Below, piece after piece: positions 48,953 through 58,026 of a stretch of 61,307 bases of DNA. Source of the DNA: Candidatus Aminicenantes bacterium RBG_19FT_COMBO_65_30. GTDB lineage: Bacteria > Acidobacteriota > Aminicenantia > Aminicenantales > Saccharicenantaceae. Location of the stretch: positions 1 through 61,307 of the forward strand of contig MEYF01000076.1 in the NCBI GenBank assembly GCA_001775755.1, given 5' to 3'. The position numbers and the translations under genes were made by a program. Under the pieces are notes generated by a model that did no database searches, was not told the DNA's origin, and saw nothing but the letters and a program-made list of their open reading frames with translations. The stretch's first letter is position 1, and every line of letters begins with the position of its first letter.

Positions 48953-49070
48953 GCAAAATCAAGGGTTTCCCTGGAGTTGTCGACGATGGCCGCAGCCGTC
49001 CGTATCATGTCCGTCATGGCCCGCTCCGGCGTCCCATTATATCCGGCCTCTTAAAAAAGACAAGGACGTC

Positions 49071-49100
49071 TTGTCGCGCTCCGCTGAATTCTGGTATAAT
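49071..49100 (+). promoter_or_regulatory. candidate extended -10 promoter for the ACT-domain gene
   Basis: TTGTCG - 18 nt - TATAAT, with TG one nt upstream of the -10 (TGGTATAAT). The -35 overlaps the small palindrome GACAAG-GACGT-CTTGTC (49059-75). Confidence 0.5.
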
Positions 49101-49123
49101 GCCCCTCCATCAGGAGAACGACC

Positions 49124-49519
49124 GTGACAATCGTAAGCGAAGATACCGAACTGACCGTCACGACGCCCGACGAACCCGGCATCTTCGGGCGCGTCCTGGG
49201 GACCCTGGCCAACGCCGGGGTCAACGTCAAGGCCCTCTACGTCTACTCCGAGACCGAACAGGGGCATTTCCACCTCGTCACCTCGGACGCCAAGAAGGCG
49301 GAGACGGCCCTGCGGACCTTGGGCTACAAGGTCAAGACGAAGAAGATCGTCACGGTCCTGGTCACCGACCGGATCGGCGCCGGGGCCGAGATCGGGGCCC
49401 TCCTCGGCAACGCGGTCATCGACATCCAATACTCCTACGGGTCGTCCGCGGGAGAGGGCAAGACGCTCCTCGTCTTCCACACCAGCAACAACCGCAAGGC
49501 CATTGATACCCTGAAATAG
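49124..49519 (+). CDS. tandem ACT-domain protein (putative small-molecule-binding regulator)
   Basis: 131 aa with a GTG start and a GGAG RBS. It has two ACT-like halves (TTPDEPGIFGRVLGTLANAGVNVKAL and VTDRIGAGAEIGALLGNAVIDI). Confidence 0.7.
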   Translation: MTIVSEDTELTVTTPDEPGIFGRVLGTLANAGVNVKALYVYSETEQGHFHLVTSDAKKAETALRTLGYKVKTKKIVTVLVTDRIGAGAEIGALLGNAVIDIQYSYGSSAGEGKTLLVFHTSNNRKAIDTLK

Positions 49520-49537
49520 GGGCTTCCGTAAATTTCG

Positions 49538-49566
49538 TTGACATGATACGGGAGTTGTCATAGAAT
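49538..49566 (+). promoter_or_regulatory. near-consensus sigma-70 promoter for exbD/tolR
   Basis: TTGACA - 17 nt - TAGAAT. The -10 sits in the loop of the inverted repeat GGGAGTT-(10 nt)-AACTCCC. Confidence 0.6.
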
Positions 49567-49598
49567 AACTCCCTTGGAGTTGTATCAAGGAGGCCATC

Positions 49599-49988
49599 AT
49601 GGCAAAAGCCGAGCCTAACGTCGTTCCGCTCTGCGACGTCCTTCTCGTTCTTCTCATCATCTTCATGGTCATCACGCCTCTCGTTCAAAAAGGCATAGAT
49701 GTCAAGCTGCCCGAAGTGGCCGACGCCTCGAGCAGCGCCGGCCAGCCCTCGGGCCTTATCGTCTTGACCCTGCAGGCGAGCGACGCCGTTGAGATCAACG
49801 GCATCAAGTACGAAATAAGGGGCCTCCTCGAGGAGCTCCGCCGCCTCTACAGCACGCGCCAGGACAAGACCATCTTCATCCGCGCCCTGGCCAAGCTGCC
49901 TTTCGCCAAGGTCATGGAAATCATCGACATCGCCCGCGGCGCCGGGGTCGAAACGCTGGCCCTGATCCCCGATTACATCGAAGATTAG
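49599..49988 (+). CDS. ExbD/TolR-family biopolymer transport protein (no ExbB/TolQ partner in the window)
   Basis: 129 aa with the N-terminal motif VVPLCDVLLVLLIIFMVITP and a periplasmic domain typical of ExbD/TolR. Confidence 0.85.
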   Translation: MAKAEPNVVPLCDVLLVLLIIFMVITPLVQKGIDVKLPEVADASSSAGQPSGLIVLTLQASDAVEINGIKYEIRGLLEELRRLYSTRQDKTIFIRALAKLPFAKVMEIIDIARGAGVETLALIPDYIED

Positions 49989-50037
49989 CTTTTTTAACCT
50001 GATCAGGATCCTGGAACTCTAGGGAACGGCCGGCCGC

Positions 50038-51192
50038 TCAGCGGCCCCTGATCGGGCCGATCACGTCCCGCGAAATGACCAGCCGCTGGATCTCGTTTGT
50101 CCCCTCGTAGATCTGGAGCAGCTTCGCGTCCCGGACGAGCTTCTCGACGGGATAGTCCTTCATGTAGCCGTAGCCGCCGAAGATCTGAAGGGCCTCCAGC
50201 GCGTTCTTCATGGCCACGTCCGAGCCCAGGCATTTGGCCATGGCCGACTCCTTGCCGTTGGGTTTGCCCCGGTCCATGAGCCAGGCGGCCCGCCAGATGA
50301 CGAGCCGCGCCGCCTCGACCTCCATGGCCATCTGGGCGATCTTGAAGGCCGTGGCTTGGAACGAGGCGATGGGCTTGCCGAACTGGACCCTCGTCTTGGA
50401 ATATTCGACGGCGTACTCGAGGGCCGCCCGGGCGATGCCGATCCCGGCCGCCCCGACGGCGGCGCGGGTCTTGTCGAACGTCCGCATGGCGACGATGAAC
50501 CCGAGGCCCTCGCGTCCGAGGAGGTTCGCCGCCGGGACGCGGACGTCATCGAAAAAGAGCTCGGTCGTGTTCGAGGCCCGGTGGCCGAACTTGTCCTCGA
50601 CCTTGCCGACCGAGACGCCGGGGATGTCCCGGGGCACGACGAAGACACTCAGGCCACGGGGCCCTTTTCCCGGGGCCGAATTGGCGAAGACGACGTAGAG
50701 GCTGGCGACGCCGCCGTTGGTGATGAAGCACTTGGAGCCGTTGATGATGTAATCCGAGCCGTCCTTGCGGGCGGTCGTCTTGACGGCCGACGTGTCCGAG
50801 CCCGCCTCCCGCTCCGTCAGGCAGTAGGAGGCGAAGGCCATCTCTTTGAGGAACGGCGCGAAGAACCTCTTCTTCTGCTCGTCCGTGCCGAAGAGGAGGA
50901 TGGGCGCAAAGGCCAGGGAATTGGCCATCATCGTCGTGTACATCCCGGCGCAGCCCCAGGCGAGCTCTTCGCTGACGATGGCCAAGTCGACGTCGCCGAG
51001 CCCGACGCCGCCGTACTCGGCCGGGAGCGTGCAGGTCAGGAAGCCGACCTCGAAGGCTTTGCGCATGACGTCCTCCGGGAAATCGTGGCCCTGGTCGTAG
51101 GCCGCGGCCTTGGGACGCATCTCGTTCGCGGCGAACTCATGGGCCATATCCTGGAGGGCGCGCTGGTCGTCGGTCAGTTGGAATTCGATCAC
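50038..51192 (-). CDS. acyl-CoA dehydrogenase (short/medium-chain type)
   Basis: 384 aa with ACAD motifs (CLTEREAGSD, KCFITNGG, QIFGGYGY, IYEGTNEIQRLVI). Confidence 0.93.
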   Translation of the reverse strand: MIEFQLTDDQRALQDMAHEFAANEMRPKAAAYDQGHDFPEDVMRKAFEVGFLTCTLPAEYGGVGLGDVDLAIVSEELAWGCAGMYTTMMANSLAFAPILLFGTDEQKKRFFAPFLKEMAFASYCLTEREAGSDTSAVKTTARKDGSDYIINGSKCFITNGGVASLYVVFANSAPGKGPRGLSVFVVPRDIPGVSVGKVEDKFGHRASNTTELFFDDVRVPAANLLGREGLGFIVAMRTFDKTRAAVGAAGIGIARAALEYAVEYSKTRVQFGKPIASFQATAFKIAQMAMEVEAARLVIWRAAWLMDRGKPNGKESAMAKCLGSDVAMKNALEALQIFGGYGYMKDYPVEKLVRDAKLLQIYEGTNEIQRLVISRDVIGPIRGR

Positions 51193-51254
51193 GGTTCATT
51201 CTCCCCACGAAAAATCACGGGGGAGTGTACCGGATTCAGGGGCTTCTGTCAATT

Positions 51255-53753
51255 TCAGCCGGCCGGCTTGAAGACGATGTCGTCCCTTCGTATCAAGAAC
51301 ACCGGGTCCTCGTGGCCAAAGACCGCCCGGACGATGTCCTGGGCCCGAAGCCCCCGGGCCGGCAGGGGCGGGAGGAGGAGAACGAGGCGCCGGCCGGAAA
51401 GCCGGAAGTCCGTCGCCGACGCCCCGGCCTGGGAGTCCTTGAATCGGCCGAGGGCGAGCTTGAGGTCCCGGGCGCTCCAGGACCGGCCGAGGGCTTCGCT
51501 CTTCCAGTCGAGCGAGTAGACGAGCCTCTCCATGGCGTTGTGGAGAGACGGCGACGCGGCATCGATCCGCTCGAGGCTCGAGAACTTGATGCCCGGAGGG
51601 AGGCTCTTGTTGACCCGGACGAGGAATTCCTTGGCTTCGAGCCGGCGGGCCGTGCGGAACTCCAGGACCTCCCTCAGGGCCTCCATGCCCAGGGGCAGCG
51701 CCGGACCGTAGGTGAGGTCCATCTTCGGATGGAAGCCCTGGGTCTTGCGGACCTCGATCCCCGCCCGGCGGAAGCTTCTCTGGATGACGTGGATGAGGTC
51801 GATGTGGGAGAGGTAGCGGGCTTTTCCCTTCTTGGAGTAAACCGCCAGGTAGCGGAGGGTCCCGTCCCCGGGCTCTCCGGCCGGCCCGGCCGGAGCGGGA
51901 AGCGGCATGATCTTCGTCGGGCGGGCCGGCTTCTTCCAGGTGGGATTCTCGCACCCCAGGCATTCGCCGCAGGCGCGCTCGAGGCAGCCCGGGGTCCGCT
52001 CCGCCCGGAGGGCCGCGTCGAGCTCCCGGGCGAGGTGGCTTTTTTTGATCCCCGTTTCGATAAGGTCCCACGGGAGAGCGGACTCGCGGGGCAGGGGCTT
52101 GAGGTAGTCCCGGTGATCGATGCCGGCCCCGGCGAAGGCATCCTGCCAGGCCCCGGCGTCGAGCTTGTCGTCCCAGCCGTCGAATCGGGCTCCCCTCCTC
52201 CAGGCGTCGATGAGGACCCGACCGAGCCTCCGGTCGCCGCGCGAAAAGACGGCCTCGAGGACGGACGTGGCGATGGGATGGGTCTTGATCTCGACGCTCC
52301 TGTGCTTGCGGAGTTCCGTCCGGACATAGGCTTGTTTCTCGGCGAGCACGACTTCGTCGTCCATGCCCAGCCATTGGAACGGCGTATGCGGCTTGGGGAT
52401 GAAGGAGGACAGGCTGACGTGGATGCGCGGGTACGAGCCGAGGATGGAGCGCCCGAGCTCGAGGCCGTCGCGGACGAGACCGACGATCCCGGCCAGGTCC
52501 TCCTCCGTCTCCGTCGGCAGGCCGGCCATGAAGTAGAGCTTGACGAGCTTCCAGCCGCCCTCGAAGGCGAAGGTCAGGGCGTCCCGGATCTCGCGGTCGT
52601 CGAGCTTCTTGTTGATCACGGCCCGGAGCCGCTCGGTCCCCGCCTCCGGGACCAGGGTGAAGCCGGTCTTGCGGACCTTGAGGATGTTCTCCACGAGGCC
52701 CCGCGACAGCCGGCCCGGCCGGAGCGAAGAGAGCGAAAGCGAGATCTTCTCCCGGGCCAGCTCGTCCATGAGCGAGCCGACGATCGCCTCGAGCTCGGGG
52801 TGGTCGCCGATGGAGAGCGCCGAAAGCGATGCGTCTTCGTAGCCGGTCTGGCGGAGGCTGCGCATGGCCGTCTTGTGGATGACGTCGGGGTCTTTCGGAC
52901 GGTGCGGGAAATAGATGCTCGAGGCCTGGCAGAAACGGCAGTTCTGAGGACAGCCGCGGGCCGCCTCGACGGCCACCCGGTCGAAGACGACGCGCAGGTT
53001 GGGGACGACGATCTTCTCCGGGAAGAACGACCGGGAAAAATCTTCGACGAGGCGCTTGCGGACGACCGCGGGAGCGCCGGCCTCGGGCCGGGGGACGACG
53101 AGGGGCGAGCCCTCCGCCGGGACGGTCCGGTAGAGCGAGGGGACGTAGACGCCGCCGATGCGGGCGAGCTCGCGGAGCGCGTCCCGCCTCGGCACCCGGC
53201 GCCGGCGCATGTCCGCGGCGGCTTGGACGATCTCCGGGAAGCCATCCTCCCCGTCGCCGAGGAAGACGAGGTCAAAGATGTCGGCGACCGGCTCGGGATT
53301 GAAGGCCGCCGGCCCGCCGGCGATGACCAGGGGATCGGCGTCTCCCCTTTCCGCCGACGTCAGGGCGATCCCGCCGAGGTCGAGGATGGTCAGGACGTTG
53401 GAATAATTGAGCTCGTAGAGGAGGGAGAAGCCGACGATGTCGAACTCGCGGAGGGGGATGCTGTTCTCCAGGGAAGCGAGGGGGATCGCGGCCGCCCGAA
53501 GCTCCCGCTCGAGGTCCGGCCAGGGCGCGAACACCCGCTCGGCCAGGACGGCCTTGTCCTTGTTGAGCAGATGGTAGAGGATCTTCTGTCCGAGATAGGA
53601 CATGCCGATCTCATAGACGTCGGGGAAGGCCAGGGCGACCTTGGTCCGGACGCGGGCGGGGTCCTTGCGGATCTCGTTCCATTCGCCGCCGACATACCGT
53701 CCCGGCCTTTCGACGCGAGGCAGGACGCGTGCCAGCGGATCTCTCTCAGACAT
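51255..53753 (-). CDS. B12-binding-domain radical SAM protein fused to a DUF2344-type domain (TIGR03960/TIGR03936-like)
   Basis: 832 aa. The N-terminus reads PGRYVGGEWN. The radical-SAM cluster motif is RGCPQNCRFCQ. The C-terminal ~230 aa (RYLAVYSKKGKARYLSHIDL...) resembles DUF2344. Confidence 0.85.
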   Translation of the reverse strand: MSERDPLARVLPRVERPGRYVGGEWNEIRKDPARVRTKVALAFPDVYEIGMSYLGQKILYHLLNKDKAVLAERVFAPWPDLERELRAAAIPLASLENSIPLREFDIVGFSLLYELNYSNVLTILDLGGIALTSAERGDADPLVIAGGPAAFNPEPVADIFDLVFLGDGEDGFPEIVQAAADMRRRRVPRRDALRELARIGGVYVPSLYRTVPAEGSPLVVPRPEAGAPAVVRKRLVEDFSRSFFPEKIVVPNLRVVFDRVAVEAARGCPQNCRFCQASSIYFPHRPKDPDVIHKTAMRSLRQTGYEDASLSALSIGDHPELEAIVGSLMDELAREKISLSLSSLRPGRLSRGLVENILKVRKTGFTLVPEAGTERLRAVINKKLDDREIRDALTFAFEGGWKLVKLYFMAGLPTETEEDLAGIVGLVRDGLELGRSILGSYPRIHVSLSSFIPKPHTPFQWLGMDDEVVLAEKQAYVRTELRKHRSVEIKTHPIATSVLEAVFSRGDRRLGRVLIDAWRRGARFDGWDDKLDAGAWQDAFAGAGIDHRDYLKPLPRESALPWDLIETGIKKSHLARELDAALRAERTPGCLERACGECLGCENPTWKKPARPTKIMPLPAPAGPAGEPGDGTLRYLAVYSKKGKARYLSHIDLIHVIQRSFRRAGIEVRKTQGFHPKMDLTYGPALPLGMEALREVLEFRTARRLEAKEFLVRVNKSLPPGIKFSSLERIDAASPSLHNAMERLVYSLDWKSEALGRSWSARDLKLALGRFKDSQAGASATDFRLSGRRLVLLLPPLPARGLRAQDIVRAVFGHEDPVFLIRRDDIVFKPAG

Positions 53754-54840
53754 TGGCGAATCGTCTCATCTTCACGTTCAGGACGAGGCCGCAGGCGATG
53801 GTGCTCGTGAGGAGGGACGACCCGCCGTAGCTGAGGAAGGGCAGGGTGATGCCCACGACCGGGAAGAGGCCGATGATCATCAGGACGTTGACCAGGAACT
53901 GGAAGGCGATGAGCAGGGAGGCCGTGAAGATGATGTAGACGCCGGCCCTGTCGCGCGCCTTGGCGACGGACAGGAACATCCGGGCGAGGAGGAAGAAATA
54001 GAGGACGATGACGACGAAAACGCCCAGGAAGCCGGCCTCCTCCCCGATGACGGAGAAGATAAAATCCGTGTGCCGCGCCGGGAGGAAGCGGAGCTGGCTC
54101 TGGGAGCCCTTCATGAACCCCTTGCCCGCGAGGCCGCCCGAGCCGATGGCGATCTTGGACTGGATGACCTGGTAGCCCGACCCCCGCGGGTCGTTCGTCG
54201 GGTTGATGAGGGTCGTCACACGTCTCTTCTGGTAGTCCTTGAGCCCGAGGTTCCATCCGGCGATGCCGACGACGCAGGCGGCGAGGAGGAGCAGGACGAT
54301 CGTTTTTCTTTTCAGCCCGGCCAGGATGAACGCCCCGCCGATGATGGCCAGGAAGGTCATGGCCGTCCCCAGGTCGGGCTGGAGGATGATCAGGAGGAGG
54401 GGCACGCCGGCGATCAGCAGCGCCCAGAGGGTGTACTGCGTGGTCAGGGTGGCGCTCTTGTACTCGGCGAAGAGCCGGGCGAAGACGAGGATCAGGACGA
54501 TCTTGGCCAGCTCCGAGGGCTGGAGCTGCATCAGGCCGAGGGTGATCCAGCTCTTCGTCCCGGCCACGAACCGGGCGAAGACGAGGGTCGCGGCCAGGAC
54601 GGCCACGATCAGGCCATAGAAATAGACCGAGAGCGAGACGAAGAACTTGTAGTCGATGGCCAGGACGAGGACGAGGACGATGAGCGAGACGCCGATCCAG
54701 GCGAGCTGCCGGACGTGGAAGTTGCCGGGGAGGAAATGGGACGAGCTGTAAATGAAGAACACGCCGATGAGGGACTGCAGGAGGACGAGCCCGAGGAGGA
54801 CCCAGTCGATTTCCCGGACGAGCCGCCGGTCGATCATCAT
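53746..54840 (-). CDS. rodA: SEDS-family peptidoglycan glycosyltransferase RodA
   Basis: Start at the internal ATG 54840 (MMIDRRLVREIDWVLLG), which overlaps the mrdA stop. It is polytopic with FtsW/RodA motifs (PSELAK, TDFIFSVIGEE). Confidence 0.92.
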   Translation of the reverse strand: MMIDRRLVREIDWVLLGLVLLQSLIGVFFIYSSSHFLPGNFHVRQLAWIGVSLIVLVLVLAIDYKFFVSLSVYFYGLIVAVLAATLVFARFVAGTKSWITLGLMQLQPSELAKIVLILVFARLFAEYKSATLTTQYTLWALLIAGVPLLLIILQPDLGTAMTFLAIIGGAFILAGLKRKTIVLLLLAACVVGIAGWNLGLKDYQKRRVTTLINPTNDPRGSGYQVIQSKIAIGSGGLAGKGFMKGSQSQLRFLPARHTDFIFSVIGEEAGFLGVFVVIVLYFFLLARMFLSVAKARDRAGVYIIFTASLLIAFQFLVNVLMIIGLFPVVGITLPFLSYGGSSLLTSTIACGLVLNVKMRRFANV

Positions 54841-56657
54841 TTCTTTTCGAGCTCCTTGAACAATTCGAAGATCCGGCCGGCCACGGGGGCCGCCGTCGCA
54901 CCCCCGCCCCCGCCGTATTCGACGAGGACGGTCACGACGATGCGGGGATTCGTCCGCGGGGCGAATCCGGTGAACCAGGAGTGGGTCTTGATCTCCCGGC
55001 CGGCCCGTGACAGCCGTTCGGCGCTCTCGCGGCTCATGATCTGGGTCGAGCCCGTCTTGCCGCAGACGTCGAAATCGGCGACGTGCGCGCCCCGCCCCGT
55101 GCCGCCGTCGTTGGCCGACCTCCACATGCCGGAGATGACGCTCTCGAAGACCTGCGTCTTGAAAAGAGGCCGGGCGTCCGCCGCGGCGCCCGCGTCGTCT
55201 TCAGTCCCGCCGCCGCCTTCGGCCGCGGCGGCCTTGAAGAGATGCGGACGGATCCGCTTGCCCCGTTCGGCGATCAGGGCGGTCATCGCCGCGATCTGGA
55301 GCGGGGTCACCTGGAGCTGGCCCTGGCCGATGGCGACCGAGATCGTCTCCCCCGGATACCAGGGAGTCTTCAGGGCTTCCATCTTCCACTCCGAGCTCGG
55401 CACGAGCCCCTCTTTTTCGCCGGCCAGGTCGATGCCCGTCTTCCGGCCAAGGCCCATCCGGCCGGCGGCCAGGGCGATCATGTCGATGCCCATCCGCCGG
55501 CCGAGCTGGTAGAAATAGATGTTGCACGAGTTCTTGATCGCGTCGGACAGGTTCATGGCGCCGTGCCCCGGCGCGAACCAGCAGTGGCGTACGGCGCCGT
55601 AGATCTGGGTCGAGCCCGAGCAGTAGGCGGTCGTCCCTTCGGTGACGTAGCCGAAGCCGAGGCCGCCCATGCTCATGACCAGCTTGAAGATCGAACCCGG
55701 CGCGTAGAGGCCGCGGATGGCCCTGTTCTCGAGCGGCGACAGGGGGTCGTTCATGAGCTGGAGCCATTCGGCCGGCGTGAACCGGGTGATGAACCTGTTG
55801 GGATCGAAGGTGGGGAAGCTGGCCAGGGCCAGGATCTCGCCCGACCGGGGGTCGAGGGCGACGACGACGCCTTCGCGGCCTTCGAGGGCTTCTTCGGCCC
55901 TGGCCTGGAGCCGGTGGTCGATGGTCATGACGACCTCCCCGCCCTGCACGGGGAACTGCCGCGCCTGTTCGCCGCGGACCCGGCCCAGGCTGTCGACCAC
56001 TTCGAAAACGGAGCCGTCCTCGCCCCTCAGGATGTCGTCGCATTCCCGTTCGATGCCGGTCCTGCCGACCATCTCCCCCGCCCGTATCTTCTGGTCCGGC
56101 CTGGCCCGGATCTCCTCGGGCGTCCTCTCTTGGAGATAGCCGAGGACGTGCGAGGCCAGGGTCCCCTTGGGATAGAACCTCTGGGGCTCCGATTCGACCA
56201 CGAGCTCGGGGAACTCGAGCCGGCGGCTTTCTATAGGGGCGACGTCGACGGCGCTCAGGCCGTCCTCGATGACGATGGGCTCGAAAGCTTGGACGTCCTT
56301 GAACAGCTCCACGCGGCTGCGGAGGCTCTGCTCATCGATCCCGAGAAGGCGGCTGACCGCGGCGAAGGAGGCGTCCGCGTCCTTGACGTTCTCGCGGATG
56401 AGGGACACCTTGAAAGAGGCCTTGTTGTCGGCCAGGATCTCGCGGTTCCTGTCGAGGATGAGCCCACGCGGCGCGGCCAGCACCCGCATCCGGGTCCGGT
56501 TGGCCTCGGCCAAGCCGGAATATTTCTTGTGTTCCAGGATCTGGACTTTCCAGTAATAGGATAGGACGAGAAAGGTCAGGGCGGCGACGACCCAGAAGAC
56601 CGTGTTCGCCCGGCGGCGCACGAGCGACAGGTCCTCGTAGATTTTATCTTCGGGCAT
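54837..56657 (-). CDS. mrdA: penicillin-binding protein 2 (elongasome transpeptidase)
   Basis: Start at the internal ATG 56657 (MPEDKIYEDLSL). Transpeptidase motifs SIFK (SxxK), SCN (SxN) and KTGST (KTG). Its position between mreD and rodA supports the call. Confidence 0.93.
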   Translation of the reverse strand: MPEDKIYEDLSLVRRRANTVFWVVAALTFLVLSYYWKVQILEHKKYSGLAEANRTRMRVLAAPRGLILDRNREILADNKASFKVSLIRENVKDADASFAAVSRLLGIDEQSLRSRVELFKDVQAFEPIVIEDGLSAVDVAPIESRRLEFPELVVESEPQRFYPKGTLASHVLGYLQERTPEEIRARPDQKIRAGEMVGRTGIERECDDILRGEDGSVFEVVDSLGRVRGEQARQFPVQGGEVVMTIDHRLQARAEEALEGREGVVVALDPRSGEILALASFPTFDPNRFITRFTPAEWLQLMNDPLSPLENRAIRGLYAPGSIFKLVMSMGGLGFGYVTEGTTAYCSGSTQIYGAVRHCWFAPGHGAMNLSDAIKNSCNIYFYQLGRRMGIDMIALAAGRMGLGRKTGIDLAGEKEGLVPSSEWKMEALKTPWYPGETISVAIGQGQLQVTPLQIAAMTALIAERGKRIRPHLFKAAAAEGGGGTEDDAGAAADARPLFKTQVFESVISGMWRSANDGGTGRGAHVADFDVCGKTGSTQIMSRESAERLSRAGREIKTHSWFTGFAPRTNPRIVVTVLVEYGGGGGATAAPVAGRIFELFKELEKK

Positions 56658-57160
56658 CACGCGCCTCGGGAGCTCCGGGCCCGGATCCGCCGCTCGAGGG
56701 CGAAGAGAGAGCTCCCCAGGACCGCGGTGACCAGGGGCTGGAGGAGGACGAGCCCGCCGTGCCAGTTCACGGACCCCTGCCGGACGACCGCCGTGATGAG
56801 CACCCAGAGGGCCATCTCGAGGACGGACATGACCAGCATGAACAGCGCGTTGCGGGCGAACGGCGCGACGTCGATCCTCCGGGAGATATAACCGGTCCAG
56901 AATCCGAGCAGGGTCTTGGTCAGCCCCGCGACGCCGAAGACGCCGAGGGAGAACGTGTCCTGGACGAGCCCGCACATCGTCCCCAGCAAGGCTCCGAAGA
57001 CCTCCCCCCGGCGGACCGAGAAATAGAGGACGACCACGGAAAAGGCGTTGAGGACGACGAGCAGGGCGGGCCCGGCGCCCCCGGCCACGGAATAGACGAG
57101 GACGGCGGCGAGCGTGGCCAGGAAGGCCCGCAGGACGTCCTTGGCGACGGACTCCCTCAT
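56657..57160 (-). CDS. mreD: rod shape-determining protein MreD
   Basis: 167-aa polytopic protein between mreC and mrdA. Confidence 0.8.
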   Translation of the reverse strand: MRESVAKDVLRAFLATLAAVLVYSVAGGAGPALLVVLNAFSVVVLYFSVRRGEVFGALLGTMCGLVQDTFSLGVFGVAGLTKTLLGFWTGYISRRIDVAPFARNALFMLVMSVLEMALWVLITAVVRQGSVNWHGGLVLLQPLVTAVLGSSLFALERRIRARSSRGA

Positions 57161-57996
57161 CCCCCGCCTCCGGGCCTCTCGGTCAGGACGGCGACGACGT
57201 CGATGGTGTTGAACCGGAAATACGGCGCGGCGAGGATGCGGCGGAAGATCGGCGAGGCCTCATCCTTCTCCAGGCTCTGGATGCGGCCGACGCGGATGCC
57301 GGGCGGATAGATCTTGTCGTAGCCCGTCGTCAGCAGCTCCTCACCCGGCCGGCCGCCGGTCACGCTGGCCAGGACGTAGCGGAGCTCGCAGACGGGGTCC
57401 GACCGGCCGGTCATGGACCCCGTCAGCCGGTCGACGGCGGAGACGACGCTGACGCTGCTGTCCTTGTCGGTGATGAGCTGGACCATCGTCTCCTTCAGGC
57501 TGACCGGTTCGATCGTCCGCCCGACGAGATAGCCGAACCTGTCGCAGACGGCCATGTCCTTGCCGACCCCGTCGAGACGGCCCTTGTCGATGACGATGGA
57601 TTGGTTGGGATTGGCGCTGTCGACCCCGATGACCCGGGCCGGGACGATCGTCCCGCGGAAGTCGGCCAGGTTTTCCCGGAGCTGAGCCTCGGACCGGAAG
57701 AACCGGAGACGGTCCTCGAGGAAGCGGAGGTCCTGGTTGAGGAAGAAGATATCCTTCTTGAGCTTCTGGTTCTCGCTGCGGACGCCGCGCAGGTCGATGT
57801 AGCCGTTCCACAGCGACTCGACCCCGCGGACTCCGCCGCTGACGGCCCGCTGGACGGGCGAGAACAGGAAGAACACCGATCGTTCGAAGAGCGACTTCTC
57901 GGCGCCCCGCGGCACTTGGATGGAGATGAGCAGGACGTGGAAGGCCGTCAGTCCGGCGAGGACGAGGGCGCTTCGTCGCTTTTCCCGGATGGGCAT
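57157..57996 (-). CDS. mreC: rod shape-determining protein MreC
   Basis: 279 aa with an N-terminal TM helix, a coiled coil (LKKDIFFLNQDLRFLEDRL) and beta-rich domains (VIGVD...). Confidence 0.88.
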   Translation of the reverse strand: MPIREKRRSALVLAGLTAFHVLLISIQVPRGAEKSLFERSVFFLFSPVQRAVSGGVRGVESLWNGYIDLRGVRSENQKLKKDIFFLNQDLRFLEDRLRFFRSEAQLRENLADFRGTIVPARVIGVDSANPNQSIVIDKGRLDGVGKDMAVCDRFGYLVGRTIEPVSLKETMVQLITDKDSSVSVVSAVDRLTGSMTGRSDPVCELRYVLASVTGGRPGEELLTTGYDKIYPPGIRVGRIQSLEKDEASPIFRRILAAPYFRFNTIDVVAVLTERPGGGG

Positions 57997-58026
57997 GGAA
58001 CCTCTCGCGCCGCCGCGGCCTGACCC

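Noticed and set aside
49048-49076. Hairpin GACAAG-GACGT-CTTGTC preceded by A6, which on the minus strand would read as stem plus T6, i.e. a terminator.
   Set aside because: There is no minus-strand gene upstream for it to terminate, and the stem is only 6 bp. It is more plausibly an operator overlapping the -35 of the ACT-gene promoter, and it is mentioned under that promoter.
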